A stretch of 64,000 nt of DNA, from positions 1 to 64,000 of the forward strand of contig JBGAML010000002.1 in NCBI GenBank assembly GCA_044223005.1. The letters run 5' to 3'. The notes below the pieces were generated by a model. That model saw only the letters and a list, made by a program, of their open reading frames with translations, did not search any database and was not told the origin of the DNA. Source of the stretch: Candidatus Eiseniibacteriota bacterium (GTDB lineage Bacteria > Eisenbacteria > RBG-16-71-46). The stretch's first letter is position 1. Each line of letters begins with the position of its first letter. Below are positions 46,383 through 56,243 of this stretch, piece by piece. The translations under genes and the position numbers were made by a program.

Positions 46383-47103
46383 AGTCCTCTTCCCCCTTCC
46401 GGAGCTGCGTGAAGAACGCGGCGGCCTGCCCCAGGAACGTCGCGCCCACGGCGGCGAACACGAGTGGCTTGGCGAGCCGGCGCCAGGCCTCGCCGGCCGC
46501 GAGCAGCCGCGGCCGGTGCGGCGGGAACGTCGCGGCCACCAGGTCGAGTACCTCGGGCTTGCCGAGGTAGTACACGTTCGGTCCCACCTTCACGTCGGCG
46601 GTCTCGATGCGGCGCGCGCCCTCGCTGTAGACCATGCGGTGCACGTCGCTCGCCGGATCCTCGAGGTCGCCGAACGTCTTCGCGTGCGCCGTGCAGGTGG
46701 TCACGCAGGCGGGCTGCTGGCCGCGCTGCAGGCGCGCGAGGCAGAAGTCGCACTTGTCGACCTTCTTCGTGACCGGGTCGATGAAGCGCGCGTCGTAGGG
46801 GCACGCGGCGACGCAGTAGCCACAGCCGATGCAGAGCTGCTTGTCGACCTGCACGATGCCGTCGGCGCCCTGGAACGTGGCGCCCGACGGGCAGACCTCC
46901 ACGCAGGGCGGATCGTCGCAGTGGTTGCACTGCGCGACGTGACTGCCGGCTTCGAGGTCCGGGAACGTTCCCGTCACGGGCGTCCGGCGGACGTGCGTGC
47001 GGGCGTGGCCCGCGGGCACGCCCCATTCGGCGTTGCAGGAGACCGTGCAGGCCTCGCAGGCCACGCAGCGGTCGAGATCGATCACCATCGCGTATCGGGG
47101 CAC
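46372..47103 (-). CDS. Four-cluster Fe-S subunit (PhsB/PsrB-like)
   Basis: CVACEACTVSC, CNHCDDPPCVEVCP, CIGCGYCVAACPY and KCDFC...PACVTTC. Confidence 0.92.
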   Translation of the reverse strand: MPRYAMVIDLDRCVACEACTVSCNAEWGVPAGHARTHVRRTPVTGTFPDLEAGSHVAQCNHCDDPPCVEVCPSGATFQGADGIVQVDKQLCIGCGYCVAACPYDARFIDPVTKKVDKCDFCLARLQRGQQPACVTTCTAHAKTFGDLEDPASDVHRMVYSEGARRIETADVKVGPNVYYLGKPEVLDLVAATFPPHRPRLLAAGEAWRRLAKPLVFAAVGATFLGQAAAFFTQLRKGEEDFEG

Positions 47104-47116
47104 CGGTTCTCCTCGC

Positions 47117-49327
47117 TCAGACGGCCTTGACCGGCCGCACGAAATTCACCCGCATCCCCGTGCCACCCATGAGCGGATCCACCTTCACCTGGCTCATGAG
47201 CGACGTGTCCGAAGCGCCCTTGCGGTAGGCGAGGCGCATGCGTTTCGCACCCGAGCCGAAGCCGTGGGCCATGTACGCGCAGTCCGTCCGGATGCCCTCG
47301 GTGACGTGCACGCGCACCGGCAGGCTGCGCGCGCCGTCGGCGTTCTCGAGCACCACTCGGTCCCCATCGCGGAGGCCGAGCGTCTTCGCCGGCGTGGTGT
47401 GCAGCCACACCGCGTTCTCGGGCATGAGCGCGTCGAGCTGGCGGTTGTTCTCGGTGCGCGCGAACGAATGCACCGGCGCGCGCCCGTAGATCAGGCGGAA
47501 CCAGCCCGCGGGCGGCTCGGCCGGTGGCGTGAAGCGCGGCATCGGGTCGGCTCCGAGCGCCTCGAGCTTGGCCGAGAAGAGTTCGATCTTGCCGCTGTCC
47601 GTGCCGAAGAGCGGATCGCCGGAGTCGGCGTGGTCTTCGAGGTACGGTTTCGCCGGGAACGCGATCGCGCCCTTGGTGCGCAGTTCGTCCGCCGAAATCT
47701 CGAGCGGCTCGATCGTCCGCGCGAGGTGCTCCTCCGGCGTCTTCCAGGGGAAGTAGGCCTCGAGCTCGAGCCGCTTCGCGAGTTCGCGCGCGATCCACCA
47801 GCCCGGCTTCGAGTCGTAGAGCGGCTCGATCGCGGGCATGCGCACCGACACGAACGGTTCGCGCGCGGTCGTGCCGAAGACCGGCGCGTCGTAGCGCTCG
47901 AGGTAGGTGGCCTCGGGCAGCACGATGTCCGCGTACTGCACCTGCTCGACCGGCATGACGTCGACGACGACGAGCAGGTCGAGCTGCTCGATCGCCTTGC
48001 GCGTGCGCTCGGGCTGCGGGATCGACTCGAGCACGTTCTGCCCGTACACGATCCACGCCTTGATGGGGTAGGGCTTGCCGCTCAGCGTCGCCTCGACGAG
48101 GCCGTTCGTCACGCCGAGTTCCTCGGACGCGAGCGGATACGTCGTGCCGGCGCCGTCGGCGCGGCCGCGTTCGGACTCGGGGAACTCGGGCAGCTCGAAG
48201 CTGCCCTTCGGGATCGGCGTGGGCAGGAAGATGCCGCCGCGGCGGCCCCAGCTGCCGAGCAGCGCGGTGAGCATCGCCATCGCCCGGGACCGCTGCGTGT
48301 CGTCGCCGTACCACGTGGTGTGCCGGCCTGGGTGCACCACGACGGCCGGCTTCGCCTCGCCCATCGCCCGCGCGGTCTCGCGAATGCGCTCTGCGGGCAG
48401 GTCGGTGATCGGCGCGGCCCACTCGGGCGTGAACTCGCGCACGTGCGCCGCGAGCTGCTCGTAACCCGTCGCGTGCTCGCGCAGGTACGGCTCGTCGACC
48501 AGCTTCTCGCCGATCAGGACGTTCATCCACGCGAGCAGCAGCGCGAGGTCGGTGCCGGGCCGGATGGGGAGCCACCAGTCCGCCTTGCTCGCGGCGGTCG
48601 AGAAGCGCGGGTCCACCGCGATCACGCGTGCGCCCTTGGCCCGCGCGTTCGCGAACGCGGTGACCTGCGACGTGAACACGTTCTCGCCGATGTGGCTGCC
48701 GATCAGCACGACGAGCTTCGTCTCCTCGAGGTCCACGGGTTCGGGCGAGCCCAGGCCCTGCCCGAACGTGAGCGCGTAGCCCACGTCACGCGGCCCGCGG
48801 CACTGAGCGAACGAGGGCTCGGCGCTGTTCGGGGTGCCGAACGCCTGCATGAGCGTGCCGAAGAACCGCGAATGGATGCCGTGGGGGAAGAACGCGACGC
48901 TTTCCGGCCCGTACTTCGCCTTGAGGTCCTTCAGGCGCTTCGCAAGGTCGTCCAGGGCCACGTCCCACGTCACCCGCTCGAAGTGTTCGTCGCCGCGCTT
49001 GCCGGTGCGGCGCATCGGGAACTTGAGCCGGTCGGGGTCGTACAGCAGGTCGGTGCCCGCGTTCCCGCGCGCGCACAGGCGGCCGCGGTTGAGCGGGTGG
49101 TCCGGGTTGCCTTCGACGCGCAGCACCTTCCCGTCGGCGACGCTCGCGAGCACGCCGCAGCGCCAGAAGCACATCTCGCAGATCGTGGCGACCTTCTGGA
49201 CGCGCTCGCTGCCGCGCCAGCCCGGCGGGTGCGGGGCCGTCGCGTGCGCGGCGTGGGGCAGCATCGCCCCGGCGCCCGCAGCCGCGAGCGACCCGAGGAA
49301 CGCTCGGCGCGAAATCCGGTGGCTCAT
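47117..49327 (-). CDS. Molybdopterin oxidoreductase, thiosulfate/polysulfide reductase catalytic subunit (PhsA/PsrA-like)
   Basis: Tat signal SRRAFL; CEMCFWRC...LCARG [4Fe-4S]; putative Mo-ligand Cys in SFAQCRGPR; HPGRH and DIVLPEATYLER. Confidence 0.9.
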   Translation of the reverse strand: MSHRISRRAFLGSLAAAGAGAMLPHAAHATAPHPPGWRGSERVQKVATICEMCFWRCGVLASVADGKVLRVEGNPDHPLNRGRLCARGNAGTDLLYDPDRLKFPMRRTGKRGDEHFERVTWDVALDDLAKRLKDLKAKYGPESVAFFPHGIHSRFFGTLMQAFGTPNSAEPSFAQCRGPRDVGYALTFGQGLGSPEPVDLEETKLVVLIGSHIGENVFTSQVTAFANARAKGARVIAVDPRFSTAASKADWWLPIRPGTDLALLLAWMNVLIGEKLVDEPYLREHATGYEQLAAHVREFTPEWAAPITDLPAERIRETARAMGEAKPAVVVHPGRHTTWYGDDTQRSRAMAMLTALLGSWGRRGGIFLPTPIPKGSFELPEFPESERGRADGAGTTYPLASEELGVTNGLVEATLSGKPYPIKAWIVYGQNVLESIPQPERTRKAIEQLDLLVVVDVMPVEQVQYADIVLPEATYLERYDAPVFGTTAREPFVSVRMPAIEPLYDSKPGWWIARELAKRLELEAYFPWKTPEEHLARTIEPLEISADELRTKGAIAFPAKPYLEDHADSGDPLFGTDSGKIELFSAKLEALGADPMPRFTPPAEPPAGWFRLIYGRAPVHSFARTENNRQLDALMPENAVWLHTTPAKTLGLRDGDRVVLENADGARSLPVRVHVTEGIRTDCAYMAHGFGSGAKRMRLAYRKGASDTSLMSQVKVDPLMGGTGMRVNFVRPVKAV

Positions 49328-49405
49328 GTCGGCTCGTCTCTCCTTCCCGAGGCGCGCCGCGACGGGCGGGCGCCGAATCCCATGTCCCTTCCACCGCGGA
49401 CATCG

Positions 49406-49421
49406 AGCAGGGGAGATGCCA
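49406..49421 (-). promoter_or_regulatory. sigma54 (-24/-12) promoter of the phs/psr-like operon
   Basis: Minus strand TGGCATCTCCCCTGCT (GG-N10-GC), about 80 nt upstream of ATG 49327. Confidence 0.75.
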
Positions 49422-49481
49422 CCGCCTATTCGTTGTGGACAAAACGCTTAGCCGCAGTCTTCGCCGTCGTTTCAATCTTCG

Positions 49482-49520
49482 CGCGACGTTTTGTTGCAAC
49501 GTTTCGTCGCACGCGAAACA
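49482..49520. promoter_or_regulatory. Candidate upstream activator sequence
   Basis: CGCGACGTTTTGTTGCAACGTTTCGTCGCACGCGAAACA; its reverse complement closely matches 58195-58245. Confidence 0.65.
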
Positions 49521-49533
49521 TGGCGGTGCAGGC

Positions 49534-50355
49534 TCAGCGGCGTTCCGGCGTGCTCCCGGTCGCGGGCGGTGCGAGCAGTCGCCCGATCTCGTCGAGCTCG
49601 GCGGGTGCGAGGTCGGGGATCGGCGGCATCGTCGCGCCCGGTTTCTCCACGCGCGGGTTGCGGATCCAGCGCGCGAGCCGATCGCGATCCCAGCGGAGGC
49701 CGTCGGCCGCCGGGTAGAACCCGCCGAGCAGCCCGGAGAGGTTCGGTCCGCTCGTTCCCACCCCGAGCGCCCCCGCCGGCGTGAGCGCTCGGTGGCAACC
49801 GCCACAGCGGCGCTCGAACGCGTCGCGAGCCGGCGCGCGTCCGGCGCGGAAGAGCACGCGCGTCGGCGCCATGCGCGCGGCGCGATCGCCGTCGCGCAGC
49901 AGCAGCGCGATCAACCGGTCGGCCTGCCAGGGTGCGAGCCCGAAGTCCGGCATGAACGTGACGGGATGCAGCAGCGACTGCTTCAGCGCTTCCGGGTCGC
50001 GCTGCCACGCGACCGCGTCGAGCGAGGTCGCGAGCGCGTTGCCGCGCCCGCCCGTGACGTGGCAGCGCCGGCAGCCGAGCCGGTCGCGCAGCCACTCGCC
50101 GTCGCGCACCGCGCCGACGTTCGGGATGCTCCACGCGGCCTGCGCGCCGCGCAGCATCCGGTCGTGCGCGACCGTGGTGCGCTTCGCGCGCGCGTCGCCG
50201 CGATGGCAGCCCGTGCAGTCGCCCAGCGTCTCGAAGTGGCGGGCGTGGCAGGCGAGGCAGCCCGCTGCGGGCGTTCGGCCGTTCGCCGCCGCATGCGCGA
50301 GCGGCACCGCGAACGCCAGCAGCGCCGCGATCAGGACGGCCAGGCGAGACGCCAT
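49534..50355 (-). CDS. extS: Tetraheme c-type cytochrome, ExtS-like
   Basis: Signal peptide; CLACH, CTGCH, CRRCH and CGGCH; last gene of the ext-like module. Confidence 0.75.
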   Translation of the reverse strand: MASRLAVLIAALLAFAVPLAHAAANGRTPAAGCLACHARHFETLGDCTGCHRGDARAKRTTVAHDRMLRGAQAAWSIPNVGAVRDGEWLRDRLGCRRCHVTGGRGNALATSLDAVAWQRDPEALKQSLLHPVTFMPDFGLAPWQADRLIALLLRDGDRAARMAPTRVLFRAGRAPARDAFERRCGGCHRALTPAGALGVGTSGPNLSGLLGGFYPAADGLRWDRDRLARWIRNPRVEKPGATMPPIPDLAPAELDEIGRLLAPPATGSTPERR

Positions 50356-50744
50356 TGTTCGCTCCGGAAGAACATCGCGATCACGGTGAGCACCACGACC
50401 GCCAGCACGATCGCTCCGCTCGCGACCGCGAGCAGCCGCTCGCCGCGGCGGAACCACGCGGCGTTCGCGATCGGCGCGCGCCGCAGCACGGGCAGCACCG
50501 CCGTGAGCACCGCGAGCGCGAGCACGGCGGCGATCCACGCGTTGCCGTGGCTCACGAGCTCCTGGATCCAGAGCAGGAACCACGCGGCCTTCGCGGGATT
50601 GGGGGCGTGCTCCGGATCCGCCGCCTTCTGCAGCGGGGCCGGGAGGAACGCGGCGCCGGTGAGCAGCACCACGAGCCATGCGGCGAATGTCCGCCCGACC
50701 GGGCGGAAGAAGTGCGGCGAGGAGGGAACGTGGTCGTCGTTCAC
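50331..50744 (-). CDS. extQ: Cytochrome b subunit IV-like membrane protein, ExtQ-like
   Basis: SSPHFFR and PAPLQKAADP..APNPAKAAWFLLWIQELVS; GTGA-coupled to cytochrome b. Confidence 0.75.
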   Translation of the reverse strand: MNDDHVPSSPHFFRPVGRTFAAWLVVLLTGAAFLPAPLQKAADPEHAPNPAKAAWFLLWIQELVSHGNAWIAAVLALAVLTAVLPVLRRAPIANAAWFRRGERLLAVASGAIVLAVVVLTVIAMFFRSEQWRLAWPS

Positions 50745-51376
50745 AGGTAGGGGAGCAGCCCGCGCTGCTTGCGGATGACGAAGAAGTGGAGCGCCGTGAG
50801 CGCGGTGATGGCCGCGGGGATCACGACGACGTGGAACGCGTAGAAGCGAATGAGCGAGAGCGGCGCGCCGACGCCGTCCGGGACGAGCAGCCGGCGGAGC
50901 ACGTCGCCGAACGGCACGACGCGCACGAGCTCCATGCCCGTGTGCGTCGCCCAGTAGGCGAGCTGGTCGAGCGGCAGCAGGTAGCCGGTGTACGCCTGCG
51001 CGACGCAGAGCACGAGCAGGCCGACGCCGATCAGCCAGTTCCATTCCTTGGGCGGCCGGTAGGCGCCGGTCCAGAGGACGCGCAGCATGTGCAGGCCCAC
51101 GAGCACGAGCAGCGTGTGCGAGGCGAGCCGGTGCAGGCTGCGGACGTATGCACCGCCCCATACGTCGGACTCGAGGTAGAGGATCGACTCGAACGCGCCG
51201 CCGGGCGCGGGCCGGTAGTAGAAGAGCAGCAGCATGCCCGTCACGACCAGCACGAGGAAGCTCGTGAACGCCATGCCGCCGAGGCAGAACGTGTACGTGA
51301 TGCGCATGTCCCGCCCGCGCACGAAGCGCGGGAACAAGTGCTTCACGAAGCTCGAGACCATGAACCCGCGTTCCAT
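50741..51376 (-). CDS. Cytochrome b6-like N-terminal subunit, ExtP-like
   Basis: TGMLLLFYY.P, RSLHRLASH, GLHMLRV, NWLIG, TGYLLP.DQ.AYWA and RFYAFHVV...LHFF. Confidence 0.88.
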   Translation of the reverse strand: MERGFMVSSFVKHLFPRFVRGRDMRITYTFCLGGMAFTSFLVLVVTGMLLLFYYRPAPGGAFESILYLESDVWGGAYVRSLHRLASHTLLVLVGLHMLRVLWTGAYRPPKEWNWLIGVGLLVLCVAQAYTGYLLPLDQLAYWATHTGMELVRVVPFGDVLRRLLVPDGVGAPLSLIRFYAFHVVVIPAAITALTALHFFVIRKQRGLLPYL

Positions 51377-51387
51377 CGTGCGTCCTT

Positions 51388-51783
51388 TCAGGCCAGCAGC
51401 CGCAGCAGGCCGCCCTGCCGCGACCACGCGACGCGTTCCATCGGCTCGCGCGCCGGTCCGTGGGTCACGTGGCCTTCGCGATCGAACGTGCTGCCGTGGC
51501 ACGGGCACGCGAAACCGTCCTCGGTCGCGTTGAGCCGGCAGCCGAGGTGCGTGCAGCGCAGGCGCAGGACGTCGATCGTGCCCGCCGACGTGCGGGTCAC
51601 GGCGACGCCGGGCTCGGGCAGCACCAGCGCGCCGTCCACGGGCACGTCCTCGATCCGGACGCGCACCGGGTGCGACTCGGGTGCGCGGGCCGGCGTGAGG
51701 TAGCGCCAGAGGCCAGCGCCCGAGAGCGCCGCCAGCGTCAGCGTGCGGAGGAACGACCGACGCGATCGATCAGGGTTCGCCAT
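51388..51783 (-). CDS. Rieske [2Fe-2S] protein
   Basis: Tat-like SRRSFL; CTHLGC and CPCHGS. Confidence 0.92.
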   Translation of the reverse strand: MANPDRSRRSFLRTLTLAALSGAGLWRYLTPARAPESHPVRVRIEDVPVDGALVLPEPGVAVTRTSAGTIDVLRLRCTHLGCRLNATEDGFACPCHGSTFDREGHVTHGPAREPMERVAWSRQGGLLRLLA

Positions 51784-52907
51784 TGCTTCAGGTGCTCCCG
51801 GACGAACGTAGGGGACTTGCGGTTCATGAGCCGGTATCGCTCCGGCGGGAAGAAGGCGCCGCGGCGGGCGGTCATGCCCTCGCGGTTCCAGAACGATCGC
51901 AGGCCGAGGCCGTCGATGTCCGGCCGGTAGACGCGCTCGGAATCGGGCTCGAGCAGGAACCGCGCGGGCGTGTCGTGACAGCCGCGGCAGGTGGTGGTCC
52001 CGCGCCGCGTGGTGTGCGGGAACACGCTGGTCCACTCGGCGGCGAGGCGGCGGTTCTCCCAGCCGCGCGCGGCGTCGGTGGCGAAGAGGATCCACTGCGG
52101 ACGCATCGGCGCCACGAGCCCGCGCTCGTCGAGCCCGAGCGGTGGCGCGTCCTGGCGGCGGAGGTAGGTGCTCTTGGTCCACTCGCCCCAGCGCGGCAGT
52201 GGCGCGAACGCCTGCACCGCTTCGGCCCCGTGCGGCTTCACGAGGAACGTGCCGTACTCCTGCGACGCCCAGGCGGAATGGCACGCCCAGCACTCCATCT
52301 TCACGAGGTGCGCGGTGATCGCGTGCTCCGGCACCTGCAGCGATGGCTTCGCGTGACAGTCGCGGCAGGTCTTCGCGGTGCGGCGGTGCTCCTGCAGCGA
52401 GCGCATCGTGTGGCAGTCGGCGCACGCGAGCCCGCGCTCGGCGTGCACGTCCGGCTGCATGCGCAGAACGTGCTCGCCGTTCGCGAGCGCCCCGCGCTGG
52501 TAGCGCTCGTGGTCCTCGCGCGCGGCGCGGCCGTGATAGTCCCAGCCCACCCACGAACCGCGGTGGCAGCGCAGGCAGGCCTCGTCCGGCGGGCGCACGG
52601 CGAACGTCGCGCCCTCGCCGTGGCAGTCGCGGCAGCGCGTCACGTGACAACCGGTGCAGGCCGAATCGAAGAAGCGGTCGCCGTCGCGCCCGAACGCGCG
52701 GTGCGCGAACGCCCGTTCGCCCGCGCGCGTCGCCATCGGCCCGGTCAGCACGCCGCGCGCGGCGGCGTGGCAGCGCACGCAGCCGCTGTCGGGATACCGC
52801 CGGTGCCGCGCCAACTCGGCCGCGGCCGAGTCCGGGCCGACGGCGGCCACCGCCGCGTCAGCGATCGCCAGCGAGCAGGCGACGATGAAGGGAATCGTCC
52901 AGCGCAT
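51738..52907 (-). CDS. Octaheme c-type cytochrome (ExtN/CbcN-like)
   Basis: Signal peptide; 8 CxxCH (CVRCH, CTGCH, CRDCH, CLRCH, CADCH, CRDCH, CWACH, CRGCH). Confidence 0.85.
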   Translation of the reverse strand: MRWTIPFIVACSLAIADAAVAAVGPDSAAAELARHRRYPDSGCVRCHAAARGVLTGPMATRAGERAFAHRAFGRDGDRFFDSACTGCHVTRCRDCHGEGATFAVRPPDEACLRCHRGSWVGWDYHGRAAREDHERYQRGALANGEHVLRMQPDVHAERGLACADCHTMRSLQEHRRTAKTCRDCHAKPSLQVPEHAITAHLVKMECWACHSAWASQEYGTFLVKPHGAEAVQAFAPLPRWGEWTKSTYLRRQDAPPLGLDERGLVAPMRPQWILFATDAARGWENRRLAAEWTSVFPHTTRRGTTTCRGCHDTPARFLLEPDSERVYRPDIDGLGLRSFWNREGMTARRGAFFPPERYRLMNRKSPTFVREHLKQWRTLIDRVGRSSAR

Positions 52908-54762
52908 GGGTGTCCATGGGTCTGCGCCAGATCGGGTCGCGGCCCGAATCGTGGCAGTCGAGGCAAAGGTTCACGGTGAAGACGCGGCGCACTTCGTTCG
53001 CGTCGAGCGGCCGCGCGTTCGGCCGCGCGATCGCGGAGTAGGCGGTGATGCGGCCGTCGCGCATCGACAGGAAGCCGTCGAGCGACTTCTCGTCGCTCTT
53101 CTCGCAGCGGAGCGTGCCGCGCACGTCGCCCTTCTCGAGCACGTACTGCCCGAACCCGAGGAAGGCGGGATTTCCGTGGCACGCCGCGCAGCCGACGGCG
53201 CGCGGCCCGGTGTTGTGCCCGTAGAACGGCGCGAACCGCAGCTGCGGCTTGCCGCGGTAGAGGGCGACCGATTCGTCGCGCGAACGCTCGCCGCTGGGCT
53301 CGATCACCGTGACGAACGTCTGGCAGCCCGGCGTCACCGGCGAGATGCGCCCGCGGCTGTCGAGCGCGAGCGGGAACGGGTAGAGCGTGCGCACGTCCTC
53401 GTGCTCGCTGAACATGCCCGGCGTCGCGGACTGCGCGATGAAGTCGTAGCCGTTCTCACGCTTGTCGTACGACGTGTGGCAGCCGTAGCACTGCACGACC
53501 GAGCGCGAGTGGCACGCCGAGCACTCCATGCGTTCGTGCCCCACGATCCGGTGCTCGGGCGTGTCGGTCACGACCGGGCTCGCGAGCAGGCGGCCGCTGC
53601 GCTTGAGCATCACCAGCACGCGCTCGCCGCTCGCGAAGACGTTGGAGTAGGGCCGGCCGCGCGAAGTGAGGGCCATGCGGAAGCCCGGCCGGATCCGGCG
53701 GCCGTACTGGCGCGATTCGCGGATCGGCGGGTCGCTCTCGCGCACAGCCTCGCCGAAGCGGGGCCGGCGCTCGCCGTCGCCGTGGCAGTCCTCGCAGGCG
53801 ATCTCGAGCTGGCCCTGCATGGACGCGGCCGCGTAACCGTCGCCCATCACCTCGCGCGACGTGTGGCAGTCGATGCACTCCATGCCCGCGGCGTGATGCA
53901 CGTCGGGCTCGATGTGCGTGAACGTGCGGTCGTCGCTGCCGGGCACCGGCCCCGGCATGCCGCGGCGCGTCGGCACGAGCGCGTTGTTGCCGTCCTGCAG
54001 GCCCTGGTAGGAGAGCGCGATGCGGCCGCTGCGCTGGTGGCAGCGCAGGCACGCGTCCATCGGCGGCAGCCCCTGCATCGCGTGCGTCGCGCTGTGGAGC
54101 CGCTTGCCGCGCATCGTGCGGTCACCGCCGTGGTACGCCGCGTCGGCGCCGTACGGGAAGTGGCACGCCGCGCAGCCCGCCGGATGTGCCGCCCCGTCGT
54201 CGGCGGGATTCTGCCGCGCGAGGTGACAGCGCGCGCAGAACTTGCGGTAGAGCTCGCCCGAGAGATGGTCGAGATCGCCGACCGCGCGTTCGTGGCGCGG
54301 CGAGCCGTCGGTCGCGAACCGGTTCGCGCCCTGCGCGGCGAACGGCGCGCCCGGGCGCTCGCCTTCCCACGTCGCCTGGATCTGCGCGATCATCCCGGCG
54401 TTGGTGAACATCTGCGACGAGGTCATGCGGTCGACCTCGTGACGGTGACAGTTGCCGCAGCCCTTCTCCCATCGCCCCGGGTAGGACGGATCGTCCAGCC
54501 CGAGGAGGCCCACGTGCGCGGCCTCGCGGGTGGCCGCTTCCGGATGGCCACCGTGGCAGGGCACGCAGCCTTCGTGCGAAGCGGATGCCGTCTCGAGCCC
54601 GGCATGGCAGCGCTCGCATGACGAAACGGCGGACGTCCCCCGGCAACCCGCGCCCGGGAGGAGCAGCGCCGCCGAGGCCAGCACCGGGAGCAGCGCGGCC
54701 ACGGCCCGGCGGACCCACCCGCCGGACCCCGAATCCGCACGCTTCCAGGTCGAAGCCTTCAC
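52858..54762 (-). CDS. extM: Dodecaheme c-type cytochrome lipoprotein, ExtM-like
   Basis: 12 CxxCH counted; lipobox-like GAGC; GTG 54762 after GGGAGG preferred over the ORF-track start 54870. Confidence 0.82.
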   Translation of the reverse strand: MKASTWKRADSGSGGWVRRAVAALLPVLASAALLLPGAGCRGTSAVSSCERCHAGLETASASHEGCVPCHGGHPEAATREAAHVGLLGLDDPSYPGRWEKGCGNCHRHEVDRMTSSQMFTNAGMIAQIQATWEGERPGAPFAAQGANRFATDGSPRHERAVGDLDHLSGELYRKFCARCHLARQNPADDGAAHPAGCAACHFPYGADAAYHGGDRTMRGKRLHSATHAMQGLPPMDACLRCHQRSGRIALSYQGLQDGNNALVPTRRGMPGPVPGSDDRTFTHIEPDVHHAAGMECIDCHTSREVMGDGYAAASMQGQLEIACEDCHGDGERRPRFGEAVRESDPPIRESRQYGRRIRPGFRMALTSRGRPYSNVFASGERVLVMLKRSGRLLASPVVTDTPEHRIVGHERMECSACHSRSVVQCYGCHTSYDKRENGYDFIAQSATPGMFSEHEDVRTLYPFPLALDSRGRISPVTPGCQTFVTVIEPSGERSRDESVALYRGKPQLRFAPFYGHNTGPRAVGCAACHGNPAFLGFGQYVLEKGDVRGTLRCEKSDEKSLDGFLSMRDGRITAYSAIARPNARPLDANEVRRVFTVNLCLDCHDSGRDPIWRRPMDTHALDDSLHRRLLAGDR

Positions 54763-54954
54763 CCCACTTCCTCCCGGCGCCACGCCCACGGCCCGACACG
54801 TGAGTGGCACCCTCGCCCCGTTTCGATTCCCGTTCCCCGGAACGCGAACGGGGACGGTGGCCGAAGCCACCGTCCCCGCCTTGCACGAACCCTGCCGCGG
54901 GGCGCGCCGTCCCGGGCGGACGGCGGCGACCTCGGCCGCGAGGGCCCGCCGTTC

Positions 54955-56175
54955 CTAGAACACGATCTGCAGCTGCGTGGTCACCGTGTGGAAGTCCCGG
55001 GTCACGAGGTTCGCGCCCTGGACGCCGCTGAACGTGCCGGTCTTGTCGAAGGTCGTGCCGCTGATCTCGGTCGTGACCTTCAGGTTGTTGCCCCACACGT
55101 AGTAGCTGGCGCCGCCCGCGTACCAGTCGACGCGCTGGTCGTAGACGTTGTCGAGCAGCGCGAAGCGCCACTTCTCGTAGCGCCCGAACACCTGCAGCGG
55201 GAGCTTCGGCAGGAGGTAGCCGGCCTTCACGAACCAGCCGTTCTTCTCGCCGTTGAGCCCGATCGCTTCCGGATCCGGGTTGAGCTCGAGGTACGCGTGT
55301 TCGAGGTTCACCTTCTCGTACGCGCCCGACACCGTCGCGGTACCGAGGCCTTCGAGCGGGTACTCGACGAAGTAGTCCGCCGTCCAGCCGTGGTAGCTCT
55401 TCAGGCCTTCGCGGGTGACCACGTCGCCGTAGACGACGTAGGGCTCGTACTGCGCGGCGACGCCGAACGTCGCGACCTTCTTCTTGCCGAAGTACGTGCC
55501 CTTGTAGCCGTACTCGTTCTCGGGATCGAAGAGGGTCACGTGCGCACGGGCCGAGTAGCGCAGGTCGGCCTTCGGCGTGGACACCGACGACACGGCCTTG
55601 CGGCCTTCCATCACGTCGAGCCGGTACTGGAACATGTCGCGGTACACGTTGCCCCAGACGCCGACGCCGACGTCGCGCGTGGCGACGAACGGCACGCGCA
55701 CGAGCACCGACCGGTCCAGCGTGAGCGGCTGCTCGCAGGCTTCGAGGTTCTCGCGCGACATGTTGTACTTGAACTTGCCGACGTTGAGCTTGAAGTCGTT
55801 CCGGAAGTTGAAGCGGGCGACCGCGTCGAGGATCTCGAAGTTCGTCCCCGGCGGCGTGCTCGCGACGCCCATCGGACCGATCGTCGGGTCGTCACTGAAC
55901 TCGGTCTGCACGTAGAGGCTCATCACCTCGCCGTACGTGCCCATCAGCGCGAGCCGGTTGCGGCGGAAGTTGAAGTTGTACGTGTTCTGTTCGTCGTTGC
56001 CGCCGGAACCGAGGTCGCGGGCGACCGCCTGGAACTGCCCCTTGTACTGGAACTCCAGGGTGCCCTGGTTCTCGGGGCCGAACGTCCACTGCGGTCCCGC
56101 CAGTGCGGCGGCGGCCAGCAGCAGCGATCCGAACGCGCTCAAGGCGGCGACACGGATCATCGTCTTGCCGATCAT
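54955..56175 (-). CDS. extI: Outer-membrane porin, ExtI-like (porin O/P superfamily)
   Basis: Signal peptide; FRRNRLALMG, GKFKYNMSRENLEAC.QPLTLDRS, alternating beta strands and C-terminal Phe (QLQIVF). Confidence 0.8.
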   Translation of the reverse strand: MIGKTMIRVAALSAFGSLLLAAAALAGPQWTFGPENQGTLEFQYKGQFQAVARDLGSGGNDEQNTYNFNFRRNRLALMGTYGEVMSLYVQTEFSDDPTIGPMGVASTPPGTNFEILDAVARFNFRNDFKLNVGKFKYNMSRENLEACEQPLTLDRSVLVRVPFVATRDVGVGVWGNVYRDMFQYRLDVMEGRKAVSSVSTPKADLRYSARAHVTLFDPENEYGYKGTYFGKKKVATFGVAAQYEPYVVYGDVVTREGLKSYHGWTADYFVEYPLEGLGTATVSGAYEKVNLEHAYLELNPDPEAIGLNGEKNGWFVKAGYLLPKLPLQVFGRYEKWRFALLDNVYDQRVDWYAGGASYYVWGNNLKVTTEISGTTFDKTGTFSGVQGANLVTRDFHTVTTQLQIVF

Positions 56176-56243
56176 GGGTTGCTCTCCTTCGATGGGGAGT
56201 GGCCGACGGGCCACGGACATGCGTTGCCGTTGGGGAACCGTGG

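Noticed and set aside
47117..49327. Formate dehydrogenase, suggested by the FdnI-like cytochrome b
   Set aside because: The catalytic subunit is short (736 aa) and has a Psr/Phs-like SFAQCRG ligand region instead of the FDH C/U-H motif.
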